A stretch of 63,939 bases of DNA, the filler included, from Octopus bimaculoides (Eukaryota), in the NCBI RefSeq assembly GCF_001194135.2. It is 9 parts of 9 records of this genome, joined end to end, with 100 filler letters (N's around TTAATTAATTAA, not from the genome) between each part and the next. Parts side by side here need not be neighbours in the genome. Positions count along the whole stretch, not along the records: positions 61,009 to 63,939 come from NC_068985.1; 8 more parts are not named here. The stretch is one strand, 5' to 3'. The position numbers and the translations under genes were made by a program. How positions within the stretch are numbered: position 1 is the stretch's first letter; each line of letters begins with the position of its first letter. The notes beneath the pieces are model-generated. The model saw only the letters and a program-made list of their open reading frames with translations. It searched no databases and was not told the origin of the DNA. Below, one piece after another: positions 61,116 through 63,939 of the stretch.

Positions 61116-61788
61116 ATAATTATCTATTTATATACATATAAGGACATAATTATAGAAGAATGCCTCACGTTAACTACCATAATAAACACATTTTTACTGA
61201 ATGCGAGGAAATGCAGCCTTCAAAGAAGCTCGCCTTTTAAAAACAGACTGAACTATAGATCGCCGATTTCGTGATCATTATAGTAATATATAATCTTCAC
61301 TCGTCAGTATAGTATAGTCAAGACACATAGAAATAAACAAAAAATCAACATACCAAACGAACACCTCATGTATTCTGGACAGCACATAGAAGAATGTTTA
61401 TCCCTATATAGGGATAATCAATCTTCAGATTGGAGCCTGGAGTAGCCATCTGGTTCACCAGTCCTCAGTCAAATCGTCCAACCCATGCTATCCTATATAG
61501 GGATAAACAATCTTCTATGTGCTGTCCAGAATACATGAGGTGTTCGTTTGGTATGTTGATTTTTTGTTTATTTCTATGTGTCTTGACTATACTATACTGA
61601 CGAGTGAAGATTATATATTACTATAATGATCACGAAATCGGAGATCTATAGTTCAGTCTGTATTTAAAAGGCTAGCTTCTTTGAAGGCTGCATTTCCTCG
61701 CATTTGGTAAAAATGTGTCTATTACGGTAGTTAACATGAGGCATTCTTGTATAGTTATGCCCTTATATGTATATAAATAGATAATTAT
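61116..61788. mobile_element. Long inverted repeat (~300-bp arms, high identity, ~70-bp spacer); foldback-like element
   Basis: 61116-~61418 is the reverse complement of ~61489-61788 with scattered mismatches; both inner ends carry the palindrome TATCCCTATATAGGGATA. Confidence 0.88.
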
Positions 61789-61916
61789 GATTTAGGGAAA
61801 AACGATAGATTCTTCCCTATGAATTTTTTTTTTTTCACGATAACTACTTGATAAATTCTTATATAAGAGTTTATCCTTTTATTGTATTAATTATATATAT
61901 ACATATATATATATAC

Positions 61917-61949
<33 letters not shown>

Positions 61950-62090
61950 AATATACATATACACACACACATATATCTATACATACATATACATACATAT
62001 ATACATATATATTCACATATATATACATACATGTACCTGTATAAATATATATGCACATATATACGTATATACATATACACACACATATAC

Positions 62091-62155
<65 letters not shown>

Positions 62156-62160
62156 TATAT

Positions 62161-63230
62161 ACAAGCCGAATTTAGGAAGAACCGTTCATGTGTAGATCAA
62201 ATCACCACTCTTCACATCATCTTAGAGCAAAGCGTAGAGTGGAATGCACCACTTTATATTAATTTTATTGATTTCGAAAAAGCATTCGATAGTGTAGATA
62301 GGGAAGGCTTATGGAAAATTGTGCAGCACTACAGCATACCAGAGAAGTATATATCTATAATAAGAGCAACTTACCAATGAATGTCATGCCAAGTCTTGCA
62401 TGGAAATGGAGCTACGGATAAATTCGAAGTAAAAACAGGAGTGTATACTTTCTCTCTTTTTATTTCTACTAGTTATAGATTGGATTATGAAGGAAACTAC
62501 AATTGAAAGTCAAACAGGCATTGAATGGACAGATGCAGAAGCTCTAGAAGATCTCGACTTTGCAGATGATATAGCGCTACTTTCACAAACATATAGCCAA
62601 ATGCAAAATAAAACGTCAAAATTAGAAGTAATAGCTGCCAAACTAGGATTGAAAGTTAACTGCGACAAATCAAAAATTATGCACGTTAATGAAGAAAACA
62701 GTAAACGTATTAAACTAGAAACTGGTGAACTAGAGGATGTAGCCGAGTTTACGTATTTAGGTAGTAAGATAACGTTCTCAGGTGGCACCGACGAAGATAT
62801 TAGGACGAGAATAAGTAGAGCAAGGACTGCTTTTCAACTGTTAAAAAAAGTATGGCGCGCAAGTGTAATTTCAATAAAGAACAAAATAAGAATTTTTAAC
62901 ACTAACGTAAAAGCAGTGTTATTGTATGGGGCTGAGACATGGCGAAGAACAGTTAAGTCAAATAAGCAAATACAATCATTCATCAACAGGTGCTTGCGTA
63001 GTATACTTAAAATCAGATGGCCTGAACACATAAGCAATATGGAGCTATGGCAAAGAACAAATCAAGTTTCGATTAGGGAGCAAATATTTAAGAAAAAGTG
63101 GAAGTGGATTGGTAGCACAATTAGAAAGGACACACCAAATGTGGCGCTTTACAGTGGAATCCGGATGGATATAGAAAGAAAGGTTGGCCTAAGAACTCGT
63201 GGAGTAGATCAATACAAAAGGAACTAGAGA
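62161..63230 (+). mobile_element. RTE-clade LINE reverse transcriptase fragment
   Basis: [78 protein letters not shown]. Confidence 0.95.
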
Positions 63231-63284
63231 AAGGGGGACATTCATGGCAGAGTATAAGTACAGAAGCAAAAAATTATGCGACAT

Positions 63285-63845
63285 GGAATTCAATTATAAG
63301 TGGCCTATACTCCACATTGGAGGCACTAAGTCTCTACTCTCCGGAGCGCAGGCAGGAGAGATATGTAATAATTTACATATTGGAAATACTGGAAGGACTG
63401 GTACCAAAGTTTGGCATCAAGTACTACATGAATGCCCGCACAGGTCGCCACTGCATAGTACCAAGGGTACCGTACACTGCATCTCACATAAAAACAAGGT
63501 ATTGCAACAGCCTCGGTTTTAGAGGACCTCAGCTCTTTAATGCCCTGCCAAAACAATTGAGAGACCAGCAAGACATGGATATAGAGGTCTTCAAAACAAA
63601 ACTCGACACTTTTCTATCCACGATACCAGATGAACCAATGGCTCGAAATGAGACACAGTTGAGGGCAGACATGTCAAATTCTCTTATAAACCAGATGTGC
63701 CATCAAAAGTTTTGATTGGACAACATCAGGTGGCAGAGAAGAGCCATGCAAGGAACGTGCAGAGAGCACAGCATACGGAGGGAAAGTCATGGTGGTGCGC
63801 CAGCACGACCGCAGCCACTTGGCTGAAACGCATAAATAAATGAAT
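63285..63845 (+). mobile_element. CR1-group LINE 3' end (ORF C-terminus + 3' UTR)
   Basis: LSLYSPERRQERYVIIY...NSLGFRGPQLFNALPKQLRD...FKTKLDTFLSTIPDEP; the UTR ends GGTGGTGCGCCAGCACGACCGCAGCCACTTGGCTGAAAC then AATAAATAAATGAAT. Confidence 0.85.
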
Positions 63846-63889
63846 ATATATATACATATATATATATATAAATATACACATATATATGC

Positions 63890-63939
<50 letters not shown>

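Noticed and set aside
1-63939. CRISPR arrays, rRNA genes, operons or telomeric repeats
   Set aside because: None seen; the sequence is eukaryotic and the periodic repeats lack unique spacers.

Overview
AT-rich, gap-ridden draft-assembly window of an animal genome. The SINE, LINE and microsatellite repertoire points to an octopus-like coleoid cephalopod (inference). There is no complete intact gene. About 10 kb is N, and eight gaps are artificial 100-bp spacers (44 N + TTAATTAATTAA + 44 N), so adjacency across them is not guaranteed. The rest is mostly decayed transposable elements: Ty3/Gypsy (5' LTR-PBS-gag-protease at 1.2-2.8 kb; protease-RT-RNase H at 15.4-17.3 kb), R4/Dong-clade RLE LINEs abutting (TAA)n tracts, RTE, CR1-like and Tx1-like LINEs, Penelope-like elements (PLEs), mariner, Tc1, a hAT end, a Helitron RepHel fragment, DINE-1/Helentron-like elements, MITE-like palindromes, about 25 tRNA-derived SINE copies from three families, and many simple repeats. 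One convincing host coding exon (48812-48990, +, canonical splice sites, uncharacterised extracellular-type domain) and one weaker candidate exon (43465-43514) suggest part of the window is intronic. The most interesting object is at 44234-44686: a PLE 3' end whose terminal repeat holds a tRNA-like Pol III promoter (A and B boxes) followed by an apparently intact minimal hammerhead ribozyme. Two more degenerate hammerhead-like motifs occur in other PLE-derived pieces. All family assignments are by eye from motifs; no database search was run.
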